A DNA stretch of 64,000 bases, from positions 1,568,001 through 1,632,000 of the forward strand of contig OZ242383.1 in the NCBI GenBank assembly GCA_965209155.1. The letters are read 5' to 3'. Each line of letters begins with the position of its first letter. Position 1 is the stretch's first letter. Origin of the DNA: a bacterium. GTDB taxonomy: Bacteria; SAR324; NAC60-12. The notes beneath the pieces were generated by a model. It did no database searches, was not told the DNA's origin, and saw only the letters and a program-made list of their open reading frames with translations. Both the position numbers and the translations under genes were made by a program. Below are positions 50,672 through 61,112 of this stretch, piece by piece.

Positions 50672-52046
50672 GTGTCTCCTTCTTCATTGGGGGATTTGCG
50701 CCTTCTTTCATTTCCATGATTGCCATGGGTGGCAAGGACTTTGCGAATAAACTGAACAAAGTGAAAAAGAAACCAAAACTTCCAATTGTGATACCAAATT
50801 CGACAACGGTCGGCCAATAAGACCCCCAGGCGGATGGAATGAAATCTCTTTGCAGGGAACTGCCTACAATGTTGAATCGCTCGAACCACATCCCCACGTT
50901 GATCAAGGCGCAGATGATCCACACGCAAACGATGTTGTTGCGAATTTTCCAACGCCAGAGGGGAAGAGGCGCAATTACGTTACAAAATACCATTAAAAAA
51001 AAGGCAATTTGGGGAAAACCGATTTCTTGCTCTCCTAACAGTGTCCAATCCTCCATGGCGCCAAACGCTCTGAAGTAAAATAAGGAGCGTTCGAATTCAC
51101 TACCACTGTACCAGGCAATAAAAAATTCACTGCCATACGCGTACCCTACAATTACCGATGTAAACAATATCACTCTGCAGACGCTCTGAATGACATGGTC
51201 GGTGATGTATTGCTCTAATCCGAAGACGACTCGCATTGGAATCAAAGCTGTCATTACCATTGCCAGACCCGAGAAAATAGCGCCGGCCACAAAATAAGGA
51301 GCAAAAATCGTCGTATGCCAGCCTGGTAATGAAGACATAGCAAAATCCCAGGAAACAATGGAGTGCACCGAGAAAACGAGGGGGGTCGCGATGGCTGCGT
51401 AAATCATGTAACCACGAAGATAGTGCATCCATTGAAAATTAGTACCGCGCCACAAAAATGACAATGGAGTGAAGATCATAGCACGCAATTTCTTACCCTT
51501 GCGAATCGCATCATCCCGGATGATGGCAATATCCGGAATCAACCCGATCATGAAGAAAAGCACCGATACGGTCAGGTAAGTCGTCACCGCAAAGACGTCC
51601 CAAAGCAAAGGCGATTTAAAATTTACCCAAAGCATCCTTTGATTGGGATAAGGAATCAGCCAATATGCGAGCCAGGGACGACCTGTGTGCAGCAAGGGAA
51701 AAAGTCCGGCAGTCATAACCGCAAAAACCGTCATTGCTTCCGCGCCACGATAGATAGCGGTTCTCCAGGGTGCTCTCGTTAAATAAAAAACCGCGGAAAT
51801 TAGCGTTCCGGCATGTCCAATCCCAATCCAGAATACGAAATTGGTGATGTAGACTCCCCATCCAATCGGATGACTGATACCGCTGTAACCAATTCCCACG
51901 TTGATTTGCACGGCAACGGAGAGTACGCCCAAACCCAGTGCGGTCACAAAACCCAGCACCAATAAAAGATATGAAGGGTGAGGACGATCGAGCAGCGCGA
52001 GTAAATCGTCATCGATTTTCGCATAACTGAGTGTTGTTGCACTCAT
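50658..52046 (-). CDS. actC: Alternative complex III subunit C (NrfD/PsrC family)
   Basis: WGVYITNFVFWIGIGHAGTLISA, SPLLWD, VHSIVSWDFA, GMWFERF. Confidence 0.93.
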   Translation of the reverse strand: MSATTLSYAKIDDDLLALLDRPHPSYLLLVLGFVTALGLGVLSVAVQINVGIGYSGISHPIGWGVYITNFVFWIGIGHAGTLISAVFYLTRAPWRTAIYRGAEAMTVFAVMTAGLFPLLHTGRPWLAYWLIPYPNQRMLWVNFKSPLLWDVFAVTTYLTVSVLFFMIGLIPDIAIIRDDAIRKGKKLRAMIFTPLSFLWRGTNFQWMHYLRGYMIYAAIATPLVFSVHSIVSWDFAMSSLPGWHTTIFAPYFVAGAIFSGLAMVMTALIPMRVVFGLEQYITDHVIQSVCRVILFTSVIVGYAYGSEFFIAWYSGSEFERSLFYFRAFGAMEDWTLLGEQEIGFPQIAFFLMVFCNVIAPLPLWRWKIRNNIVCVWIICALINVGMWFERFNIVGSSLQRDFIPSAWGSYWPTVVEFGITIGSFGFFFTLFSLFAKSLPPMAIMEMKEGANPPMKKETHEQV

Positions 52047-52078
52047 AAAAATACTCCTGTCAGGTTAATTGGATAAAT

Positions 52079-55054
52079 TTAACTTTGTGATTTTTCATTG
52101 TGATGGGAAGAGGACAGGTCATCCAGATTGACTTTCTTAAGATAAGTAATGGCTGGTTTGTAGTTCAACTCAGCAATCATCTCATACTGGCGGTCGCGAT
52201 TTTTTATACTGTTGTCACCATTCCCACTTGTTGTTCGCTTGGCACTGCGAGAAACTTCGCTTTCAGAATCCATCAAATTACCAAATTTAATGGCCTGTGT
52301 CGGACAGGTCTGTTGACAAGCCGTCAATATTTCCCCATCCTGCACGTCTCGCCCCAGCTGGCGAGCAGCATTTTGGGACTCTTTAATTCGCTGTACGCAG
52401 AAAGTGCATTTTTCCATCACTCCCACACCCCGCGTGGTTATAGTAGTGTTCAATTGCTGATTCAGAGGCTCGGGAAATTCATAATTGAACCAGTTGAAGC
52501 GGCGTACTTTGTACGCGCAGTTGTTGGAACAATAGCGAGTTCCTACGCAGCGATTGTAGGCTTGTACATTCAATCCTTCCGAGTTGTGATACGTCGCATA
52601 AACAGGACAGACGGGTTCACAGCCTGCATTCTCGCATTGTTGACACGTGATAGGAGCGAAACGAGTTTCGAAATCATCGCCATGTCCTTCAATATAGCGA
52701 TCGATACGGATCCAAGACATTTCCCGTCCCAACCCGGTTCGTTCTTTTCCCACCACCGGTAAATTATTTTCCGCATAGCAAGCAACCACACAGGCCGAAC
52801 AGCCATTGCAGCGATCCAGATCAATCGTCATACCCCAGCGGTAGGGTTTATAATATCCCGCCGTTTCCCGACGTGGAGGATAAACTTCCCGGGGACGTTG
52901 GTGTTGACCATCCTCATGGGATTGCGGGTTTTTAATGGCTTCCACTGTAGTTGCCAGGGAAATGCTGCGTCCCAACTGACGGGCGTTGCCATCGACATTA
53001 ACAGTGTAGGAACGCTGTGAGGTAGGGGAAACTTCCGCATTGACACTGATCCAGCTCAGATTCCCGGAGTTTGGATCTGTTTTCATCGGCAGTAAATCAA
53101 GAACATTCACTCCGTAGTTGTCAGCCACTGGACCTGAATGTACATGTCCCTGCCCTAAAGGGATCGCGATGGCCTCTCTATGAATACCAAAATGGTAATA
53201 AGCCGTTGCTTCCACGCTTCCATGAGGAGTACTCACTCGAACAACCTCCCTGTCTTTAATACCTAGTTTTTTGGCAGTATCGGGATTGATTTCTACCCAG
53301 GAATCCCAAACGATTTGAGTCATAGGATTGGGGATTTCCTGCAACCATGGCTTATTTGCACCACTGCCATCCCCCATCAAAAGAGAGGAAGAAGGTAGTA
53401 AAACCAGACCTTTCCCCTCCAATTGAGGGGTTTTCGGTTTGTAGTTGACAACATCTGGTTGCAAGGAAACGTTGACGGGTATCCCGTTGTCGAAAACCCC
53501 ACCCGTTTCCAGTGTTTTGATCCAAAAGGCTGAAAATGGAAGACTGTTGTCTGTTTCAGCATGAATTCCAGTCCAGATTTTTTTCAGGTAATCCAGGTAG
53601 GTGCTCACGCCGGCGAACTGACCTGTTCCCAATTGCTTGCTGACTTCCAGCAAAATATCGGCTTTCGCCCTGGCATCGAATTTGTCCACTGGCGACATCA
53701 CCGGTTGCATGACGCTGCGGATTCCAGAACGCAAAAAAGTGTCTCCCCAGCTTTCATAGGGAGTCAAAGTGGGAAGTAAAAGTTGCGCCTTGTTTGTGGT
53801 TTCATCCCGAAATGTTGAAAGAGAGACCACAAATGCGTTCTGCATGGCCTCTGCGAAGCCGAATGAAGGGGGCAACGCATAAACCGGATTGACATTCTCA
53901 ATGATCAATAGTTTGATTTTCTCCTCATTCAAATCCTGGATCAATTGCAGCAGATCCTTATGCGAGTTTACGACAGGCGGTGTCTGATCATGAAACTGTA
54001 TCGTCTCTCCCATATTCCCGGCAACTGCATTCAAGATATTGATTGCAACCAGAGTAGCAGTGCCCTGCTCGGTCGCCACCAGGTTCCCTCCACCCAATGC
54101 GAGACTGGGCAAATGGGATTCGAATTCTTGAGAAATTCTTTTAATGGTTCCCGCAGTGATTCCAATTTCATCCGCAACTTTTTCTGCTGAGAATTCAGCG
54201 AGAAATTTTTTTAAAAACTGGTAATGTCCCTTTGATTCACGTATTTCATGCGCTATTGCCAATGCCATCAACCCTTCAGTACCCGGTTTGATCATCACCC
54301 ATTCATCGGCTTTGGCACCAGTCAGGGAAACGTGCGGTCCCACGTGAACGAACTTGTTTTTACGACCATTTTGATAAGCATGCATGGCAGTGAATTGCCG
54401 GGTGTTTTTCACAACACTGCCCCAGGTTTCCATGAAATCGGCGCTGAAGTTGAGCAAATATCTGGCTTTTTCAAGAGCATATTGTGGCAAGTCCGCCCGT
54501 CCGAACGCAATTTGATTCGCAGCCCTTTCACTGATTTGCGATTGGACTTCAAAACTGATCCGTTTCCCCCCTCCAACCGCATTCAACCATTGCTCGATAA
54601 ATGGACCATCACTCCCCATGATTGGCTTTCCAAGATAAACAACTTGTCCCGCAGCCCCTTGTATTTGCTCCGAAAAACTCTTGATCGCATCCGTCCAACT
54701 CAATGGAGCTCCGTCTTGTTGAGGAAAGGCAAGACGCTCAGGGTTGTACAGTGCTTGCATGGAGGCTTGGCCTTTGGCGCAAAGCGCTCCCCGGTTGACG
54801 GGATGATTGGGGTTCCCTTCCGCTTTTTGCGCTCTGCCTTCTCGGGTGGTAACCATCATGCCACAACCTGCCGAGCATTCCTGGCAGGTGGTCATATACT
54901 GGTAAGCTGTCTGAGGCGTGTATTCAAATTCGTTTGGTGGAAGCAACAGGGGAATCAATTTTTCCGGTTTTTGCTCACAACTTGCTGCCAGCGCAGTTGC
55001 TCCACCCATTCCCATATATTTGAATAAATTTCTTCGACTAAGGCCTCTTTTCAT
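52079..55054 (-). CDS. actB: Alternative complex III subunit B (molybdopterin-oxidoreductase-like + Fe-S domain)
   Basis: Tat motif SRRNLFK; NKPWLQEIP; CNGCSAC, CQQCENAGCEPVCP, CVGTRYCSNNC, MEKCTFC. Confidence 0.92.
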   Translation of the reverse strand: MKRGLSRRNLFKYMGMGGATALAASCEQKPEKLIPLLLPPNEFEYTPQTAYQYMTTCQECSAGCGMMVTTREGRAQKAEGNPNHPVNRGALCAKGQASMQALYNPERLAFPQQDGAPLSWTDAIKSFSEQIQGAAGQVVYLGKPIMGSDGPFIEQWLNAVGGGKRISFEVQSQISERAANQIAFGRADLPQYALEKARYLLNFSADFMETWGSVVKNTRQFTAMHAYQNGRKNKFVHVGPHVSLTGAKADEWVMIKPGTEGLMALAIAHEIRESKGHYQFLKKFLAEFSAEKVADEIGITAGTIKRISQEFESHLPSLALGGGNLVATEQGTATLVAINILNAVAGNMGETIQFHDQTPPVVNSHKDLLQLIQDLNEEKIKLLIIENVNPVYALPPSFGFAEAMQNAFVVSLSTFRDETTNKAQLLLPTLTPYESWGDTFLRSGIRSVMQPVMSPVDKFDARAKADILLEVSKQLGTGQFAGVSTYLDYLKKIWTGIHAETDNSLPFSAFWIKTLETGGVFDNGIPVNVSLQPDVVNYKPKTPQLEGKGLVLLPSSSLLMGDGSGANKPWLQEIPNPMTQIVWDSWVEINPDTAKKLGIKDREVVRVSTPHGSVEATAYYHFGIHREAIAIPLGQGHVHSGPVADNYGVNVLDLLPMKTDPNSGNLSWISVNAEVSPTSQRSYTVNVDGNARQLGRSISLATTVEAIKNPQSHEDGQHQRPREVYPPRRETAGYYKPYRWGMTIDLDRCNGCSACVVACYAENNLPVVGKERTGLGREMSWIRIDRYIEGHGDDFETRFAPITCQQCENAGCEPVCPVYATYHNSEGLNVQAYNRCVGTRYCSNNCAYKVRRFNWFNYEFPEPLNQQLNTTITTRGVGVMEKCTFCVQRIKESQNAARQLGRDVQDGEILTACQQTCPTQAIKFGNLMDSESEVSRSAKRTTSGNGDNSIKNRDRQYEMIAELNYKPAITYLKKVNLDDLSSSHHNEKSQS

Positions 55055-55065
55055 TGCAACGACTC

Positions 55066-55809
55066 CTAATAATGACAACTGTAACAGTCGGTGAGAACAG
55101 GATTGTGGTATCCTTTCTCATTTTTCAATCCAATCAATTGTTCTCGTATTTCATCTTGTTCTTTGGCATTGAACCAACCTTGTAACGTATTCAGCGCCCG
55201 CTTCCTGGCAACTGCACCTTTCACTTCAAGATGGCATTCAAGACACCATCCCATTTCTCCAAAATTGTTGTCGACAACTTGCACAACTTCCATTGTTTTT
55301 ACACTGCCATGACATGCTATGCAGCGGTTGTCTCCTCCCTGTTTGAAGTACTTCACTTTACACGCAAGTGAACGATCATCGTTTATATCGTCACATCCTT
55401 CTTCCGCTCCCTCTATAAAGCGTTCGGCATCCGCATTGATGTGTTTGGTGTGTGGAAAGCGCACGAAGTCGGGTAAGTCGTGAACTTTCACCCATGGAAT
55501 GGGTTCCTGCTTTGCCCAATAATCCCGCATTTTGTTTACTTCCACACTTTCCGGCTGAATCAAGGGAGCTTCCTTCGTTCCATGACAACCCAGGCAAATA
55601 CTGACAGGGGGTACTCCGGAAGAAAATGAACGTCTCGCATAAATATGGCAATATTGACAGGGGATTTCGTTTTGAGTGACGTGCGTTTCATGACTGAATG
55701 CGATCGGCTGTTCCTTAGCCATTAAAAAGGAACTAAACGTCAGACAAAACAAGGTGACAAAAAACGTGGCGAGCGTGGTTAAAAAAGCAGATAAACGAAA
55801 TGGTTGCAT
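55066..55809 (-). CDS. actA: Alternative complex III pentaheme cytochrome c subunit A
   Basis: Five CxxCH motifs; QPIAFSH, WVKVHDLPDFVRFPH, MGWCLECH. Confidence 0.9.
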   Translation of the reverse strand: MQPFRLSAFLTTLATFFVTLFCLTFSSFLMAKEQPIAFSHETHVTQNEIPCQYCHIYARRSFSSGVPPVSICLGCHGTKEAPLIQPESVEVNKMRDYWAKQEPIPWVKVHDLPDFVRFPHTKHINADAERFIEGAEEGCDDINDDRSLACKVKYFKQGGDNRCIACHGSVKTMEVVQVVDNNFGEMGWCLECHLEVKGAVARKRALNTLQGWFNAKEQDEIREQLIGLKNEKGYHNPVLTDCYSCHY

Positions 55810-55978
55810 GAGAAAATCCGAACCTTTAGAATTTATTTCGTCGTAGTGATTAAAAATTTGCATGTTATTAGGTATCATTTCGATCAATCAATCAATATAA
55901 AATAATTTTATTTCATCATCAATTTCAATTTCGCCTCTATGAAAAAAAAATGTGGAAAAAACAAAGACTGAATTGAGC

Positions 55979-57085
55979 TTATTGCTTGAAATTCTCTTCT
56001 GGTTGGGGAGGACTGAGGTGCAGTGTTTGGGTGGGGAAAGCAAATTCCAATCCCAATTCTTCGATTTTTGTCATAATTTTCAATAGAAAAGCCTCCTTCA
56101 CATCCATATGTTCCTGCCATACGGTAGTAACAGTGAAGCAGTATACCAAAATATCAAGACTGTAGGCGCCGAAACCGATAAAATTGACCAGATAAAAGTC
56201 ATGGTGGATCTGATCATCTTCCACGATAATCGTTCGTATTCCCTGCAAGGCAGCTTGCATTTGACGGGCGGATGTCCCGTAGGTCACGCCGATGGTCAGT
56301 TTGATCCTTCTTTTTTCCATGCGGGACCAGTTGTTGATCACGCTGGTGGTAAAATGGGAATTGGGTACCGTGATCAAGCTGTTGGCAAAAGTACGGATGC
56401 GGATCGTGCGCAATCCCACGTCTTCAACCGTACCTTCGATATTATCCACCTCGATCCAGTCTCCTATCTGGAAAGGACGGTCAAAAAAAATTACCAGTGA
56501 ACCGAAAAGATTGGCCAGCGTGTCCCTGGAAGCCAAAGCAAGCGCAGCACCTCCCAAACCCAGACTTGCAATCAGACTGCCTACCGAATAACCCATGTTT
56601 TGTACGAAAAGCACGACTCCCAGCAAAATCAGAAAGGCGCGACCTCCTTTGCGAAGAATGGGGATCAACTGGTCGTCGAGTTTCGTGTCTGTTTCAATGG
56701 CAGCCTCTGTCCAAAGATCACAGAGCACTTCAAAAAAGCGAAGGGCAATCCAAATCCCTAACAAGATCCAACTTGCCCGAAACAATGCTTCGACAAATCG
56801 TTCAACATCAACTGGTTCCGTCGGCAACTGCAATATCAAAGATGCAGCATAAACCGCAATCAGCGGAGGGATCCAACCCACGGGCTTTTTCAGACTCTCT
56901 AAAAAAAGATGATCAAACTGGAAACGGGACGCTCGTGCCTTTTGAATCAAATGCGCGAAAAAAACCATTACGATTTTTCGTACGAAAAATCCTGCCAGGA
57001 GGATACCGAATGAAATAAGTAGATTTTGAAGAGTAATGCCGAGTAATTGAGTTTGAAAAAATTTGAGTATCTCGAAATTTTCCAT
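55979..57085 (-). CDS. MscS-family mechanosensitive channel
   Basis: DTLANLFG, DRPFQIGDWI, GTVEDVGLR, FAFPTQT. Confidence 0.92.
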   Translation of the reverse strand: MENFEILKFFQTQLLGITLQNLLISFGILLAGFFVRKIVMVFFAHLIQKARASRFQFDHLFLESLKKPVGWIPPLIAVYAASLILQLPTEPVDVERFVEALFRASWILLGIWIALRFFEVLCDLWTEAAIETDTKLDDQLIPILRKGGRAFLILLGVVLFVQNMGYSVGSLIASLGLGGAALALASRDTLANLFGSLVIFFDRPFQIGDWIEVDNIEGTVEDVGLRTIRIRTFANSLITVPNSHFTTSVINNWSRMEKRRIKLTIGVTYGTSARQMQAALQGIRTIIVEDDQIHHDFYLVNFIGFGAYSLDILVYCFTVTTVWQEHMDVKEAFLLKIMTKIEELGLEFAFPTQTLHLSPPQPEENFKQ

Positions 57086-57432
57086 GTTTGATCGTTCCAG
57101 TGAATCGGGAAAAAGACGGTATCGGTCCGAAATTGCTTCAATCTTACGTTAGTTTGTCCGTCACATCAAAGTCAAAAGAAACCCCTCTTCACCAAATAAT
57201 CGTTCTACTCAGGAAGATACGGCCAGGTTGAGCGATTTTAATAAAAATTTCTCAACTTTTTTAAAAAAGTGTGATATTACAATGTGTTACATTAAAATAT
57301 CCACAAAATCTTATTCAACCCAACAGGTAGAGAGCTTCATGAAAAAAGAAACAACGATTCAGGGAAATAATAAACTGAAAATTACGGTTTTCTCGACCAC
57401 TAAGCCTTCAGGCAATTTATATCTGAAAAATC

Positions 57433-58218
57433 ATGCTGGAACTCAGGAAAGAGCCACGTAAAAATTTAAGAGGTCGACTGTTGGATGGAATCCGTTGCTT
57501 GATTCCTGCGAAATGTTGGGATTGCCAGAAATGGCTAATCCAGGATGAATACACATTCCAAAAATCTCTGCAAAATGCATATCCCTTTCTCTGCCAACCC
57601 TGTTTGAAAAATTTGCCATGGACGATACCAGAGTTCAGTTGTACTCGTTGTGGTCAGCAGACTGGCGAACCCAATCGGGTTTCCTGTCCGGAATGCCTGG
57701 GGCAGAATTTCTTTTTCGACCGGTTTTGGGGTGGTTTTCATTATGACGAGCAGATTCAACAGTGGATTACGCAATTCAAATATGGAAAACAAGTACACAT
57801 GGCACCGATGTTGGGGCGATTGCTCGCTTTGAGCCTCGATCGTTATGCTCTGCCTGCAGAAGTGGATGGTATCATTCCCATTTCCTTGCACCAAAAACGA
57901 TTGCGGGAGAGAGGCTTCAATCAAGCATTGCTACTCGCCTACCATACTTTTGCCTCACCCCTCCTGCAACCTTTTTGGTTGCAACGAGTCCGGTCTACAG
58001 TACCGCAAACGGAACTTACATTTAAATTGCGGCTACAAAACATGGAAAATGCCTTTCAGGCCGATCCCCGGGTCGCAGGGAAAAACCTGCTTCTCCTCGA
58101 TGACGTCATGACCACTGGTGCGACCCTCAATGCTGCTACTCAAGCATTGAAAGACAAAGGGGCCCTCTATGTCGGAGTGGTAGTACTGGCTCGAAGAATA
58201 CGATCTGCCTCCCTGTGA
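57433..58218 (+). CDS. comF: ComF family phosphoribosyltransferase-like competence protein
   Basis: N-terminal CxxC pairs, RERGFNQA, LLLDDVMTTGAT. Confidence 0.88.
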   Translation: MLELRKEPRKNLRGRLLDGIRCLIPAKCWDCQKWLIQDEYTFQKSLQNAYPFLCQPCLKNLPWTIPEFSCTRCGQQTGEPNRVSCPECLGQNFFFDRFWGGFHYDEQIQQWITQFKYGKQVHMAPMLGRLLALSLDRYALPAEVDGIIPISLHQKRLRERGFNQALLLAYHTFASPLLQPFWLQRVRSTVPQTELTFKLRLQNMENAFQADPRVAGKNLLLLDDVMTTGATLNAATQALKDKGALYVGVVVLARRIRSASL

Positions 58219-58637
58219 TTCAGAAATCACATTTCATCTTAAGACAACAGACACAATAAGATAGAAAAATTGATATGTTCAGTTTTTTATATAAAAAATA
58301 TTGATATATCGTTTTATTGAGCATATAATAGAATGTATTATGAAATGGGAACAACAACAACGATTGACAATTTTAGAATTGATTGTGCTTTTCAGGGGAC
58401 AGCTGACGACAAAAGCATTGACAGAAACTTTTGGAGTGGGAAGAGTGCAGGCCTCCAAAGATTTTTCCTTTTATCAAAAACATTATCCCAAGAATTTGGA
58501 ATATAACCGCAGAAAGAAACACTACCTTCCCGCTGATCGGTTTGAGCCTGGATTTCTCCCTGAAAATGGGGACGAGATGCTGAAACTGTATTGTCAGTAC
58601 ATACAACCGGAAGCATTTCTATTTTTTGGAGAAAATC

Positions 58638-60120
58638 GGGTGTAATTAAAAGTGAGGGGCATTTCAATTAAGCCCTTTGAAGTTGTTGCCAATAACAATC
58701 CCATTTTCCATTGGCTCTTACCACCCTGAGTTGAATCATCTGATCGGCATGTTGTTTTTTCCACCAAGCGCCAGGGAGTTTGAGCCTTTTTTGGATGAGG
58801 GAACGATGGGCGCTTTCAATTTTTCCAGAGCCGATAGGGAGTTGTTGATCAATAGCTGTTTTGTATTCAAACTGTCCGGGACGATTTTTCATGTAACGTA
58901 CCAAAGCGCGAATGGGGGCCTTTTCATTGGGAATAGATTCGGATTCTTGCCTGGATATAAATTGCTCTAACACGCTGTCAGCTCCTCCTTTTTTCAAGAT
59001 TTGCTTCTGCTTTTTCAGGAACGGTGAGCCGTCTTCAAAAGCGGCTTGGCAGGCTGCACCAAGATAATCACAGAGATGATAAAAATCGATGAGATAGTTC
59101 GCCTGAGCGCCAAAATGAGTTTCGATTTTTTCACAGATCCAAGGGGCTCCATCCCCTAAAGCATGAATCTTCGTCTGCTTTCCCAGTCCCGCTTTAAGCG
59201 CGACCTCTTTCATTTGAAAACCCGCTTCATCTCTGCCGTTCAAGGTTCCAGCATAAATGGAGTCGACACTTCCTCGAGCATAGGCTAAGGAGGTAATCCC
59301 TTCTTTCCAACTCACTTGACGCGTTTTTCTGCGATCCCCCGTAAAAGTAGAGTCTGCCGTCTCTACCAGAGGCACCATGGTGCCATCACTTTGCACTATC
59401 ACCACCCCCGCCCCACTGGCCTCCCTGCTGGACTGCTGCTCTTCTTTCAGGGAGAAACATCTCTGACTGTGATGGAGGGTTCGCGCTCGAATACTGCTGG
59501 AAGGAATGTCAATGCCATAATGCTCCTTGAGTTTCTGGCTCGCTGCTGCAAAGGAGACATCGGCCCCAAAATCCACCATCGCTCGCTGCAGAGGCTCTGA
59601 ATAACCTTGGCACTGAACCCCAATCGAGGCACTCAAGGGTCTCTGTCTTTTTCCTCGCCGTCCTTCCCTGAAAACAAGTTCTTCGATTCCAATGGGACCA
59701 AAGGTGCTGTGCCAATATATTTTTTTTTACCATCTCGGATCAGATCCGCTTTTTGAGAAGACTCTGCTTCTTTTATATCGGACTGATGGCCCAACCAGCC
59801 TTGAAGCACTTCCTGACCTAATTTACGCACTTCTTCAATCGTCCGCCTCTCAGCCTCATCGGCTGTTTGGCAACTCCCATCGTCATTTTCGATAATCCCC
59901 AGAATGGATTCCATCCGATGGCGCAGGTGAGGATATTTCGACAGCCGTTCTGCTAATGAAAAAGATGACTCGTCACCTTCCCTTAGTTCTGAGTAACCTA
60001 AGCATTTTGACATTTTCAACTCCTGTTTGAAGGTCAATCATTCGAATACACTCCTACTTTCAAAATACTTAAAGCACATGTCCAGCTATTTCTCTCTGCC
60101 CCACACTTTTAATTACACCC
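58638..60120 (-). mobile_element. ISKra4-family (UPF0236) insertion sequence, 1483 bp
   Basis: 24-bp terminal IRs GGGTGTAATTAAAAGTG(A/T)GGGGCA; 9-bp TSD GAGAAAATC at 58629-58637 and 60121-60129. Confidence 0.93.
58668..60037 (-). CDS. ISKra4-type DDE transposase, two ORFs joined by a -1 frameshift at an A9 run (59720-59728)
   Basis: DGTMV, GDGAPWI, DFYHL, PIGSGKIESAH...KRLKLPGAWW; -1 shift gives KKKIYWHSTFG continuous with ORF2. Confidence 0.88.
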
Positions 60121-60788
60121 GAGAAAATCGATTCAAGGTCTCGCTGGAGGTGATTTCGCCCATCAATCGAATGATGGATTGGCAAGTGGTTTCCCGAATC
60201 AGTCAGGCCATCTATCAAGCAAGAAATATTCGTATTGAATATCAACCGATGAGTCGAGAAGAACCCGATGTGCGTGAGATCGCTCCGCATTCCTTTGTAT
60301 TCAATGGCTATCGCTGGCATGTGAGAGCTTATTGTACGATCAAGAAAAAATTTCAGGATTTTTTACCAACCCGCATCCTGGGAGCTCCTTATTTAGGAGA
60401 TGCAGCTCAATTTGGAGTTTCGGAAGATCAATATTGGAACGAAACTGTTGAAGTAGTGCTCGTGCCCAGTCCACAATATGCGGCGAATCGCAGACGAGTT
60501 ATTGCTCATGAATATGGAATGAAAGAGGACCAATTAAAAGTTGTTTTGAAAAAAGCGCTCGTCGGTTATTACTTGCAGTATCTCAGGTTGGACCGGGAGG
60601 ATACGGAAAAAGACCCGCATCAGCAAATTATTGTCTCAAATCGTGAAGCATTGAGGCCCTATATTTGGTTTTGACGGTCTATTCTCAGCTTACCTCCTCA
60701 AATATGCTTCACTTTCCGACTGTGGCAAGTTCAGGTTGAACGAAGGACCGGGAGGAGGACGGAATGAACAATCAATTGGAGGTTTCGT

Positions 60789-61097
60789 ATGACACAGCGA
60801 TTTAATACACCCTCTTGGGAATATCCACCAACTGTTGGCAAGGCGGTTCAGGAACTGATGTCTCTCCTTTCCCCTCAAGAAATCGAAGAAATCCGCAATG
60901 CATCCCGAGACAACCTGGAAAATTTCCAATTGTCACTGGGCAGTTGGATCGGTTTCAATTTCGGCCTTTGGCACCAAAATCAACGTTTGATCAGTTCCTG
61001 CAAAACGACCGTTGGCATCCATCAGGATTTAACCATGAATCCGGACTACGCATCTGAAGTGATCATCGAATCACTATGGGAGCGACTGCAAAAATAA
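60789..61097 (+). CDS. Small hypothetical protein (DUF6794-like)
   Basis: GGAGG RBS; P.TV..AV..L...L...LG.WI..NFGLW..N..L...C...PD.AS.VII..LW..L. Confidence 0.6.
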   Translation: MTQRFNTPSWEYPPTVGKAVQELMSLLSPQEIEEIRNASRDNLENFQLSLGSWIGFNFGLWHQNQRLISSCKTTVGIHQDLTMNPDYASEVIIESLWERLQK

Positions 61098-61112
61098 GGG
61101 ATTCCAATCGAC

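Larger units (their letters stand above)
58340..60674 (+). pseudogene. HTH-WYL transcriptional regulator (CapW/BrxR-like), interrupted by IS
   Basis: 58340-58637 plus 60130-60674 rejoin in frame to 280 aa; FGVGRVQASKDF HTH; IAPHSFVFNGYRWHVRAYC..K.FQDF...RI. Confidence 0.88.
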
